Assembly (NCBI RefSeq): GCF_009914755.1
Contig: NC_060928.1
DNA: 64,000 bases
Origin: the human T2T-CHM13v2.0 reference genome, Homo sapiens
Strand: one strand, 5' to 3'
The position numbers and the translations under genes were made by a program. The notes beneath the pieces are model-generated. The model ran no database searches. It worked only from the letters and a program-made list of their open reading frames with translations, and was not told where the DNA came from. Shown piece after piece: positions 29,470 to 42,654 of this stretch (its first letter is position 1; every line of letters begins with the position of its first letter).

Positions 29470-30900
29470 ATCAAACCAATAAAAAGAGCAAAATATGTAA
29501 TGAGAAAAATCCAGTGAAACTGAATGAGCTAGAATACCACACAGAGGTAGGGATGACATTACTTGCGTAAGACTGGTTGAGAAGAGTCATTACCAGAAGA
29601 TCACAAATAATATGATTCCCTGCTCACAAATTTCAAAACAAATTTAAAAAACTCAAGAATATATTATGTAGGGTTACAAATATGCATAGTAAATTTTCAA
29701 TAATCAATGAATTATTAATATAAACTTGAGGATAATCTTTAATTTGACACTAAAATAAGGATGTTAGATTGAGAAGGGAAATATAACAAAATGGGTATCA
29801 TTGGAAATATACTGGATTTTGTACTACAGTGGTGGTTGTTATGTTATCAAATAAATATTAGGTTGGTGAAAAAGTAATTGTTTTGCACCAACCTAATAAT
29901 TAGATGTAATCATTACAGTGTTAGATAAAATAATAATAATAGTGAAATATTATTAATCAGTTATGTAGTATGACAAAAGATGAATATTGTAGTTTATTCT
30001 TATCCTGAAGTCTACAAACATATTAAAAATAAATGTCAGAACAGTTTGGTGCTGGTGATGAAACAGATAGACTATCATAATTCATACAAACACATAGAGG
30101 CAGAATCATGCTTATGGGAACAATATTCTTGATATATAATATATATATACAAATTTATGGATTTTCATAATTCCATATGAAAAGAATAGATAACTTAATA
30201 GAAGAAAATTTTAGAAAAAAACTTGTTAGTTTTATGTGAGGATTGTAGCTCAAGCAAAGACATAGGTCAACAAATTAATGTCATTCAGTAAGAATATATA
30301 TGTATATAGGAAAATGACATTCTAGAGGAATGTATTTATAGGCAAAACCTGTCTGTCTTGGGCAATACATGCCTGGCTCATACAATTCCATCAACAAACA
30401 TTTTTATAGATGACAGATATATAGATAATATAGAAAACGAACTGTCACATAAACAGAAAATTTTCAGCAAAGAAAACTCAAAAGACTAACGAATAGGTGT
30501 GTAGACAGTCAACCCAGTTGTAATTAGAAAAATAAAAAGAAACTATAGAGTTATAATTCCATGCACATAAGATTTACGAACGTTAGGAAAATGATGAATG
30601 CATGTTTTGGAAAGGGTGTGGAGTGCATGAAAACTCATGCTGGTCGTAATGCAGGCCAATACAACTGACCTGGAAGGTAGAGCTAATGGAATATACTGTT
30701 ACTATTATTATTTTGACCAAATTGCTATCTGATAGATCAATTAAGACTAAAAAATATATACTTGAATTTATTTTCCTTTTGTTTCTCTAATATTATTTAA
30801 TTTTTATGTAGATCTTATTTTCTGACTCATCAATATTTTTTTCTTTGTGAAGAACTTCTTTAATATTACTTTCAAGGCATGTCTACTGGAAACAAATATT
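29470..30900. mobile_element. Ancient L1M(E) remnants, mixed orientation
   Basis: Degenerate L1 3' end and ORF2-like tracts ('aaatccagtgaaactgaatgagctaga', 'aaattttcagcaaagaaaac'). Boundaries uncertain. Confidence 0.5.
29858..29896. mobile_element. Internally deleted MADE1 (Hsmar1 MITE), 39 bp
   Basis: TTAGGTTGGTGAAAAAGTAATTG-TTTTGCACCAACCTAA, flanked by TA on both sides. Confidence 0.88.
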
Positions 30901-31729
30901 TAAACATGAAATTACAGATCTCCATATTCCACCTTTTTTATATGAAACAGATAAGCTTGGCTTTAACTTAAAGTCTTTAACAACATTTTGTTATAATATT
31001 AAGATATTATTTTAAGTCAAGTGTAAATACAATTTAACAAATATTAAAGCATGTATTAATATGTATTAACTTAGATGTAATAATCCTTAATGGATCATAT
31101 CTAAATAGTGAAAAGTTCCCTATGTAATAAAGTTAGGTATTTGGATTCCATAGTGACTTCTTTTGTAATCTCTCCATATTTCCATTAAATTATTTTTAGG
31201 CAGAAGTAATTTTTTACTTTTATAAAAATGTATTCTAATGGCTCTTTTAGTTGGTACTATTTTATTAAACTGCTGTGCCATCATCATTTGAAAGCTTTTT
31301 ACTGCAGACTAAAAATGAATTTATAGCAGTTAGCAAGGAGAAAAATCAATGAAGTAGAAAAAGAAATAATTTTAATCATGGGCAAACACATTTTCATTAA
31401 ACAAAGTCATTACATTATAATGAATCATCTTAATTTTTCTGCATAATCTTTTCATATAGCACTGAAGATTACATAAAAATCTAGGCTATATTCTTACAGT
31501 TTTAAAAATACAAATTCATTTCAAACTCACATCAAAAAAAGTTTATTTCTTTCTAATATTGGTTACATTTATCCTGTTTCCAACTTTTCTCCTTTTTCCT
31601 TTAATTTACCGACACCCTTCTTTGTTTTTCTTATGGACTAATGCTGTAGTATTGATACTATTAAGACAATCTATGCTAATAGTTCCTTTGAGAATTTGTT
31701 TTGAATCTGCTATGCCTAGAGTTTTATTT

Positions 31730-32225
31730 CTTCTTATTTTTATAAAGATAATTGACATAAACTGCATGTATTTAAAGTGTAGGTCTCAATAAGTTTTGAC
31801 ATAATTATACACTCTGGAACCTTCAACGCAATCCAGATTATTAACATATTTTTCACTTTTAAAAGTTTTCTTGTTCTACTTTTAGTACCTCCCTTCTATG
31901 CTGGTTTACTTTCTACTTCCACAGACAAACACTAATCTGCTCTTGTCACATTACATTAGTTTTCATTTCCAAAATGTATATACAAATTTAATCATATAGT
32001 GTGTACTCTGTCTTGTCCTGCTTATTTCTATCAGCATAATAATTTTGAGACTTGTCAGTGTCATAGCGTGTATCAAGAGTTTATTCTTTTTTATTGCTGA
32101 GTCACCCATAGTTGGATAAATGTATCACGATTTGTTTATTCTTTCACTTGTTGATAAAAACATATATGCTACCAACATGTATGTTGGTAATACATATAAA
32201 GCTATTTTGAAAATTCTAACATAAG
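31730..32225 (-). mobile_element. Old L1 3' end (L1MC/MD-like)
   Basis: 'ataattgacataaactgcatgtatttaaagtg...aagttttgacata' and 'gtatcaagagtttattcttttttattgctgag'. Confidence 0.8.
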
Positions 32226-35200
32226 TCAGATTTATAGTTGGGAAATTCAACAAGCCCTGTGTCAATAACTGAGAGAAATGCTAGGCAAAAAACCAATAAG
32301 AATGTTGACATGAACAATTCAAGATCTGAGTAAGACAGGATCTGAACCAGACAATTAACTGACAAAATCACATTCCACGGAACTATAGGAAAATATTTTT
32401 ATTATTATTTTTTGTTTAATTAAAAAGAACACATAGACAATTCACCAAGAAAAACCACAACTTGGATCATAAAACATACTTTAACAAATAACAAATAAAT
32501 AAAATGATACAGTGTAATCTCTGACAACAACAAAATCAAACTAAAAATTAATAACAGAAGACAACACAAAAATAGTCTTAACCATAAACTTACAGAATAA
32601 ACGTATAAATAGCTTATGTGTCCAAGAAGCTTTAAAATTATTTTAAAAAGATAGAAGTGAATGAAAAAAGCACAACATATGAAATATAGGTGATTTGGCT
32701 AAAGAAGTTATTTTAGGGAAACTTCTGCTATGATATGATTACATTGGAAAAAAGAAAAGGTCTCAAATAAAAGTGTAAGTGTTTGATCAAGAATTCAGAA
32801 AAACAGATGCAAAATTACCTAAAAGATGAGGAAGGATAGAAGTAATAAACTTAAGAGGAGAATTCAATGAAATTGAAAACAGAAAAACAGTAGAGAAAAA
32901 TCAATTAAGCACAGAGCTAGTCTAAAAAAAAAGTCAAAGTCTATAAGCCACTTGCAAAACTACCAGAAAGAAAAAAAAGATATGACATCTCTATTATCAG
33001 GATTCAAAAAGCAGACATGACTACAGATCCTGCAGCCATTAAAATATATGTAAGGAAATACTATGAAGAACTTTATACTGAAAATTAGACAGTTTAGAAG
33101 AAATTAACCTCTTCTGTAAGGCAACAAAAAGTACCCAATTCAAACAAAGTGAAATAGAGATATTGAATAATCCTACAACCATCAAATAATTGAATTTGTA
33201 ATTTATCAAATTATCAAGGCTGATCAACTTTGTGTTTTTTTTAATAGCATTTTACTTCATTAATTGTGCTTTCTTTTACCTCATTTTGCATCTGTTTTTC
33301 TGGATTCTTGGTCAGAACTTTATATTTTTATGCAAAAAAAACTCTTCACCCAAATATTCAAGAAAAATTAATAGCAATTTTACACAGTATCTTCCAGAAT
33401 ATAGGCGAGGAAATTACACATACAAATTCATTTTATAAGCACACTATTACACTTATATGAAAATCACACAAAGATAATGCTAAAAAAGAAAACTACAGAA
33501 TAATATCTCACATAAACATAGACACAAATGTCTTAACAAAATATTATCAAATGCAGTTCAGCATTGTATAAAACAAATTGTACACCATGAGCAAGTGTAT
33601 ACAAGGCTGTTTGAACATTTAAAAATCAAATAACCTACCACATCAACATGCTACAGAAGAAAATGCATATAACTATATGATGTGATGAATAAACATCTTT
33701 TGACGTAATGCAATATCAATTCATGATTGTTAAAAATCTAAAAAATAGAAGAGAACTTTCTCCCCTTGTTACAAGATGTTTACAAAATCTACAGTCACCG
33801 TTATACTGATTGGCACTAAAATGAATGACTTTCCCCTAAAATCAGGAAAATATCAAGCACATGTGATCTGATCGCTCTTACTCAACATAGTGCTGAAAGA
33901 TCAACCATAAAAATCAATCACATTTCTATGTACTGACAGGGAATATACAGAAACCAAAATTAAAGATACAATGTCATTTACAATGACTCCAATAAAAAAT
34001 AAATACTTATAGTATTAGTCCATTTTCACACTGCTATAAAGACATATGTAAGATTCAGTAATTTATAAAGAAAAGAGGTTTAATTTCCCTTCTTCACTAA
34101 CCTAGGAGGTTCTCCATGAGGACCCCTCCCCTGCAGTGGTCTTTTGCCAGGACATCCAGGTGTTTCCATACATCTTCTGAAATCTAGGCAGAGGTTCCCA
34201 AACCTCAATTTTTTATTTCTGTGCACCTGCAGGTCCAATACCATGTGGAAACCACCAAGGCTTGGCATTTGCACCCTCTGAAGCAATGGCCCAAGCTGTC
34301 TCTTGGCTCCTTTCAGCCATGACTATAGCTGAAGTGGCTGAGACACAGGGCACCAAGTCCCGGGTTGCACAGAGCAGCAGGGGCCCCAGGCCAGGCCCAT
34401 GAAACCATTTTTTCCCCTAGGCCTCCTGACCTGTGGTGGGAAAGGCTGTCACCCAGGGCTCTGACATGGCCTGGAGACATTTTCCCCATTGCCTTGGCAA
34501 CTCACATTCAGCTACTCATTATTTATGCAAATTTCTGCAGCAGGCTTGAATTTCTCCTAGAAAATTGGTTTTTCTTTCCAATTGTCAGACTGCAAGTTTT
34601 CCAAACTTTTATGCTCTGCTTCCCTCTTAAACATCAGCTTCTCTTTCATACCATCTCTTTGTGAATGCCTAAAACCAAATGCTTCCAGAATAATGCAGGT
34701 CATGTTTTAAATGCTTTGCTGCTTAGACATTTCTTCTGCCAGATACCCTAAATCATCTCTCTCATGTTCAATGTTCCACAAATCTCCAGGGAAGGAGCAA
34801 AATGCTGCCAGTCTCTGTGCTAAAGCATAGCATGAGTGACCTTAACTCCAGTTCCCAATAAATTTCTCATCTCCATCTGAGACCACCTCAGCCTGGACTT
34901 TATAGTTCACATCACTATCAGCAGTTTGGTCAAAACCATTTAAATAGCCCCTAGGAAGTTGTAAACATTCCCACATCTTCCTGTCTTCTTCCGAGTCCTC
35001 CAAACTGTTCCAACCTCTGCCTATTACCTAGTTCCAAAGTCACTTCCACATTTTCAAGTATCTTTATAGCAGTGAGAAACTCTCTGTGATACCATTTTAC
35101 TGTATCTGTTCATTCTCTCATTGCTATAAAGGTACTACCAAAGATTGGGTAATTTATAAAGGAAAGAGGTTTAATTGACTAATAGTTCCACATGCCTGGG

Positions 35201-36470
35201 GAGGCCTCGTGAATCTCGCGATCATAGTGGAAGGGGAAGCAAGCACATCTTACTGGCAGCAGGCAAGAGAGAGCATGCAAAGCGGGAAGAGCCACTTTTA
35301 AAACCCAGATCTTGTGAGAACTCACTCGCTATCACAAGAACAGCATTGGGTGAAACTGCCCCTGTGATCCAATTACCCCCACTAGGTCCCTCTCCTGACA
35401 AGTGGGGATTACAAATTGTGATGAGATTTGGTTAGCCACACAGAACGAAACCATATAACTTACATACTTAACAAAACATGCACAGGCCTAGTATGCTAAT
35501 AACAAGATGAAAAAAGGAATCAAATAAGATATGAACAAATGGAGAGCCACTGCATGCATGAATAGTAAAGCTCAACATAGTAAATATATCAATTTTCCTA
35601 AGTTGATCTGCAGATTTAATAAAATTCCTACCAAAATATTACCAAGAATTTGTGTGGACTTAAGTCTACTCTAAAATTTATATAGAAACGTATAGGGCTT
35701 AGAAAGCTAAATCAGTCATGACAATAAAAAAATAGAGTGGAAGAAATAAATCTACCAAATAATAAGGCTTACTATATAGCTTCAATAATCAGAACTATGT
35801 GATACTGGAAAAGAAATAGACAAATAGAACAAAAAAACAAAATTGAAAAGGCTAGAAATTGATCCATACAACTACATTCCACTACTTTTGGAAAAAATAT
35901 AAATAAGGAATTTAATCGAGGAAGAGTAGTCTTTTCAGCTATAGCAATTAGATATTCATAAGCAAAAAATAAATAAAAATAAAAATAAAATCTTTATCTA
36001 AATGTCATAACTTTTGATACAAAATTAGCTCAGAGTGAATGATAGAATTGAATGTAAACATAAAATTTTAACACATGTAAAAACAGAAAATCTTTGGGAT
36101 CCAGTGTTATGCAAAATGTTCTTAGACTTGCCATCAAAAGGACAATAAAAATAATAAATTTCACTTTATGAAAAATGAAAATACTTTGATCTGTGAAAGT
36201 TTACATGAAAAGGCTAAAAAGACAAGATTTACACTTGAAATAATATTTCCAACACATATTTTGGACAAAAGACAAGTAGTGAAAATATGTGAAGAACTCT
36301 CAAAACTGAATTTGGGAAAAAACAAACAAACATTCCAATCATACAATAGACCAAAGACATGAACAAGCATTTCAGGGAAGAAGATATACAGATGGCAAGT
36401 TTTCCTTGGAAAGATGTTCTCTGTCAGTACTCATTAGGAAATGCCAGTGAAAGACCACAGTGAAAAACAA
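32226..36470 (+). mobile_element. Old L1M ORF2 body, interrupted by a MaLR element
   Basis: Runs from the endonuclease region ('atagttgggaaattcaac') through RT ('aaagaaaactacagaataatatctc') to the C-terminus ('ttaggaaatgccagtgaaagaccacagtga'). Confidence 0.82.
34011..35458 (-). mobile_element. MaLR element (MSTA/THE1D-like): truncated LTR + partial internal + complete LTR
   Basis: LTR stub 34011-34085. Internal 'gaaatctaggcagaggttccca' and 'ttcttctgccagataccctaaatcatctctc'. LTR 35101-35458. Near-TSD cttat/cttac. Confidence 0.9.
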
Positions 36471-37010
36471 TGTGTCTGATTATGTATTATTTTGTCTATT
36501 TCTCTGCTTATGTATGGTTATATATAATGAAAATGAATTACAGGAATGATACAAGAAATGGATAAGAGGAATTAGGATTATTTTGGCGCTAGGAGAACTA
36601 GCACTAGCTAGGAGCTGTTATAGTGCTGTTTGAAAATAATTTGGATTTGTCATAAATGTATATTACAAACTATGGCATCCACTAAAAATTTTTTAAGTAA
36701 TGAAATGCTGATAAAGGAGAAAACATGGAATCATAATAATGCTCAATTAAAGCTACAAAAGGAAGAACAAGAGTGGGAGACAATACAGAAACAAAAAATC
36801 AGAGCAACAATTAGAAAATGCCACTTAATACAATACATATTGACACCGACATATCCGTAATTCTTTTGAACATCAGTGGTTGTTGCACCAATTAAAAGAC
36901 AGAGACTGTCAAAGTGGATCACGAAAAAAGACCCAATCATATGTTGCCTGCCAGAAACATATTGATTAAAAGTAGCTATTTTAATGGCATACCTGTTAAA
37001 ATAATACATA
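36471..37010 (+). mobile_element. Old L1M inter-ORF region and ORF2 start
   Basis: 'ccaattaaaagacagagactgtcaaagtggatc...aaaagacccaatcatatgttgcc...agaaac'. Confidence 0.7.
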
Positions 37011-37250
37011 GAAACCAACCAGGAGGCAGACGGGACCGGGATCCCCCAGCCCATCCCAGCTGCTCTACCAGAACATGGCCAGACTGCTTCTGTAAGTTGG
37101 TCCCTGATTGGTCCCTCCTCACTGGGTGGAACCTCTCAACCAGGGCGTCCCCATCCCTACCAGTGTTTCCTGGCTGATAGAGATTTGAAAACTTCGTGGG
37201 ACAGAGTTCCTGGAGGGAGAGGTGAGCTGCTATCTTTGCTGCTTGGGTGA

Positions 37251-37681
<431 letters not shown>

Positions 37682-39364
37682 CAGAATGCTTCCTTAAGTG
37701 GGTCCCTAATCCTCTTCTTTCTGAATGGGTGAGACCTCCTATCTGGAGTCTTCAGCCACCTCTTCCAGGTGTGTTCAGGTCGACAACAGATCTGAAACTG
37801 CCTGGGACAAAGCTCCCAGAGGAAAGAGGCAGGCTGCTATCTTTGCTGCTTTGCCGCCTTTACTGGTGATACCTCCAGGTGCTGGAAAATTCAAGGTGAC
37901 TAGGAACTGGAGGGGACCCCAAGAAAATCACAGCAGCCCTACAGAATATTGTCCTATTAAAGAAAAAGAAAAAAAGGTCAGCAACCTCAAGATTTAAGGT
38001 AGATAAGCCCACAAAAATTAGAAAGGATCAGTGCAAGAATGCTGAAAACCCAAAAAGCCAGAGTGCCCTCTTTCCTCCACATGACCACATCACCTCTCCA
38101 GCAAGAATTCAGAACTGAGCTGAGGCTGAGGTGGCTGAAAAGACATAGAATTCAAAATATGTATAAAAGAAAACTCCACTGAGCTAAAGGAGCATGTTGT
38201 AACCCAATGCAAGGAAACTAAAAATCATGATAAAACATTGCAGGAACTGACAGACAAAATAGCCAGTGTAAAGAAGAATGTAACCAACCTGACAGAGCTG
38301 AAAAACACACTGAAAGAATTTTATAATGCAATGACAAGTATTAACAGCAGAACAGACTAAATAGATGAAACAATCTCAGAGCCTGAAGACTGTATGAAAT
38401 AAGACAAGCAGACAAGAATAGAGAAGAAAGAATGAACTTGAATTAACAAAACTTATGAGAAATATGGGATTATGTAAAGAGACCAAATCTATGACTGATT
38501 GGAGTAACTGAAAGAGATGGGGATAATGGAACTAATGTGGAAAACATGTTTCACAATATCATCCACTGTAACTTCTCCAACCTAGCTAGACAGGCCAACA
38601 TTCAAATTCAGAAAATGTAGAGAGCCCTGGTAAGATACTCCACAAGAACATCATCCCCAAGACACATAATCATCAGATTCTACAAGGCAGACATGAAAAA
38701 AAAAAGATGTTAAGAGCAGCTAAAGAGAAAGGCCAGATCATCTACAAAGGGAAGCCCACAGACTAACTGCAGACCTCTCAATGAATATCCTACAATCGAA
38801 AAGAGATAGGAAGCCAATATTCTACATTCTTAAAAAAAAGAAATTTCAACCTGAGTTTCATGTCTGGCCAAATTAAGCTTCATATGCAAAGGAAAAATAA
38901 GATTATTTTCAGATAAGCAAATGCTGAGGGAACTCATTACCACCGGACCAACCTTACCAGAGCTCCAGAAGGAAGCATGAAATATGAAAAGAAAGAATTG
39001 TTACCAGCTACTACAAAAACACACTGAAGTACACAGTCCAATGACACTCTAAAGCAACCACATAAACAAGTCTGCACAATAACCAGCTAAAACAATGAAG
39101 GCAGGATCAAATCCACACATACTGATACTGACATTAAATGTAAATGGGCTAAATGGCCCAATGAAAAGACACAGAGTGGAAAACTGGATAAAGAACCAAG
39201 ATGCATCAGTATGTGGTCCTCAAGAGACCCATCTCACGTGCAATGGCACACAAAAGTCTCAAAATAAAAGGATGAAGGAAAATATATCAAGCAAATTTAA
39301 ACTACCAAAAAGCAGGGGTTAGAATCCTAGTTTCTGACAACACAGACGTTATCCCAGCAAAGAT

Positions 39365-39395
<31 letters not shown>

Positions 39396-40024
39396 TCACG
39401 TGATGGTAAAGCACTCAATTCAACAAGAAGATCTAACCATCCTAAGTAGATATGCATGCAATACAGGAGCAACCAGATTTACAAAGCAGTTTCTTATAGA
39501 CCTTTAACAATAATAGTGGAGTCTTTAATATCCCACTGCCAGTGTTAGACAGATAATTGAGATAGAAAATTAACCAAGATATTCAGGACCTAAACTCAGC
39601 ACTAGATCAAATGGACCTGATAGAAATCTGCAGAAGTCTCAACCTCAAAACAACAGAATATACATTCTTTTCATTGCCATATGACACTTACTCTAAAATC
39701 AATCACATAATCAAAAATAAAATACTACTAAACAAATGCAAAATAACTGAAATCATAACAGCTTCTTGAACCACAGCAAAATCCAATTCGATCTAAAGAC
39801 TAAGAAATGCACTCAAAACCATACAATTACATGGAAATGGAATAACATTCTTCTGAATGACTTTTGGAAAAATAATGAAATTAAGGCAGAAATCAAGTTC
39901 CTTGAAACTAATGAGAACAGAAATACACTTGTACCAGAATCTCTAGGACACAGCTAAGGCATTGTTAAGACAGAAATTTATAGCACTAATTGCCCACATC
40001 AAAAAGTTAGAAAGATTTCAAGTT

Positions 40025-40305
40025 TTTTTTCTTTTCTTTTTTTTGAGACAGAGTCTCACTCTGTCACCCAAGCTTGAGTGCAATGGCACGATCTCGGCTC
40101 CCCTCCACCTCTCCACCACCTGAGTTCAAGTGATTCTCCTGCCTCAGCCTCCTGAGTAGCTGGGATTACAGGCACATGCCACCACACCCAGCTAATTTTT
40201 GTATTTTTAGTAGAGACGGGTTTTCACCATGTTGGCCAGGCTGGTCTTGACCCCTGACCTCGTGATCTGCCTGCCTCAGCCTCCCACAGTGCTTGGATTA
40301 CAGGA
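40025..40305 (-). mobile_element. AluS-like, missing its extreme 5' end
   Basis: Poly(T), 'gagacagagtctcactctgtc'...'cctcccacagtgcttggattacagg'. Confidence 0.95.
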
Positions 40306-40407
40306 ATGACAGAGGTTGCAGTGAGCTGAGATCACCACTGCACTCCAGCCTGTGCGACAGGAGTGACACTCCATCTCAAAAAAAAAAAAAAGAAAAAGAC
40401 AAAAGAA
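40306..40407 (+). mobile_element. Alu 3'-terminal fragment with A-tail
   Basis: 'agaggttgcagtgagctgagatcaccactgcactccagcctg...ctccatctcaaaaaaa'. Confidence 0.92.
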
Positions 40408-40531
40408 AGAAAGATCTCAAGTTAACAATCTAACATTACAACTAAAAGAACTGGAGAACCAAGAGCAAACAAATCCCAAAGGTATAAAAAGACAAGAAAT
40501 AATCAAAATCAGAGCTGAACTGAAGGTGATA

Positions 40532-40532
<1 letters not shown>

Positions 40533-40570
<38 letters not shown>
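40533..40570. repeat. (AC)19 microsatellite
   Basis: Read directly. Confidence 0.97.
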
Positions 40571-40571
<1 letters not shown>

Positions 40572-41009
40572 GTTTAAAAGATCCACGGAACCAGCAGCTG
40601 GTTTTTTTTGGGGGGGGTGGGGGGTGGGAGATAGACTGCTAGCTAGACTAACAAAAAAGAGAAAGAGAGATTTAAATAAACACAATCAGAAACAATACGG
40701 AGCATATTACCACTAACCCCACAGAACTACAACCATCAGAGAATATTATAAACACCTCTATGCATATAAACTAGAAAATATAGAAGAAATAAATAAATCT
40801 CTGAACACATATACCCTCTCAATACTGAACCAGGAAAAAATTGAATCCTTGAACAAATTGATAATAAATTCTGAAATTGAGGCAGTAATAAATAGCCTAC
40901 CAACCAAAATAAGTTCAAGACCAGATGGATTCACAGCTGAATTCTATTAGCTATACAAAAAAAAAAAAAGAATTTATACTTTTTCTGCTGAAACTATTCC
41001 AAAAATTAA

Positions 41010-41132
<123 letters not shown>

Positions 41133-42626
41133 TAAGGCCAATATTTTTGATGAACATTGATGCAAAAATCCTGAAAGAAATACTAGCAAAATGTATCTAG
41201 CAGCACACCAAAAACCTAATTCACCATTATCAAGTAGGATTCATCCCTGGAATGCATGGTTGGTTCAACATACACAAATCAATAAATGTGACTCATCACT
41301 TAGAACTAAACAAAAAACACACAATTATCTCAACAGATGCAGAGAAGTCTTTTGATAAAATTCAATATCCTTCATGTTAAAAACTCTCAATAAACTAGGT
41401 ATTGAAAGAACATACCTCAAAATAATAAGAGCTGTATATTAAAAAAACACAGCCAACATCATGCCAAAGGAGGAAAAGCTGGACGCATTCCACTTAAAAA
41501 ACAGCACAAGACAAGGATGCCCTCTCTCACCACTCCTACTCCAAATTGTATTGGAAGCTCTGGCCAGGGCAATCAGGCAAGAGACAGAAATAAAGGGCAT
41601 TCAAATAGGAAGATACAAAATCAAACATCCCTGTTAGCAGATAACATGATTCTATAGCAAGAAAACCCCATTGTCTCAGCCTAAAAGTTTCTTAAGCTTA
41701 TAAGCAACCTCAGCAAAGTCTCAGAATGCAAAATCAATATGAAAAAATTGCTAGCATTCCTATAAAGCAACAATAGTCAAGCTGAGAGCCAAATCACAAA
41801 TAAACTCCCATTCACAATTGTAACAAAAATAAAATAAAATACCTAGGAGGTAAATGATCTCTACAAGAACTATAAGCTACTGCTCAAAGAAATCAGAGAT
41901 GGCACAAACAAATGGAAGAACATTCCATGCTCCTACTTAGGAATAATCCATATTGTGGAATGGTTATACTTCCCAAAGGACTGTATAGATTAATGCTATT
42001 GACATTCTTTACGGAACTAGAAAACGCTATTTTGAAATTCCTATAGAACAACAACAACAAAAAGCCCAAATAGCCAAAGCAATCATAAGCAACAAGAACA
42101 AAGCTGGAGTTTTCATGCTACCTGCCTTCAAACTATACTACCAAAAGAGCATGGTACTGGTACAAGAACAGACACATAGTCCACTGGAACAGAATAGAGA
42201 ACCCAGAAATAATACCAGACACCTATAACTATCTTATCCTCAATGAACATGAGAAAAACAATTGATGGGAAAGGATTCACCATTCAATAAATTGTGCTGG
42301 TATAACTGGCTAGCCATATGCAGCAAACTGAAACTGAAAATGCAGAAGGCTAGAACTGGACCCCTTTCTTAACGCCATATACAAAAAATAACTCAAGATG
42401 GATTAAACACTTAAATGTAAAACCCAAAACTATACAAACCCTGGAAGGCAACCTAGGCAATTCCATTTAGTACACAGGAATAGGCAAAGATTTCATGACA
42501 AAGATGCCAAAAGCAATTCCAATAAAAGCAAAAATTGACAAATGGGACCTAATTAAACTAAAGAGTTTCTGCACAGCCAAAAAAAAACAAAAACAACAAC
42601 AACAACAAAAAAAACAAAAAAAAAAC

Positions 42627-42654
42627 TATCTATCTATCTATCTATCTATCTATC
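42627..42654. repeat. (TATC)7 microsatellite preceded by an A/AAC-rich tract
   Basis: Read directly. Confidence 0.95.
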
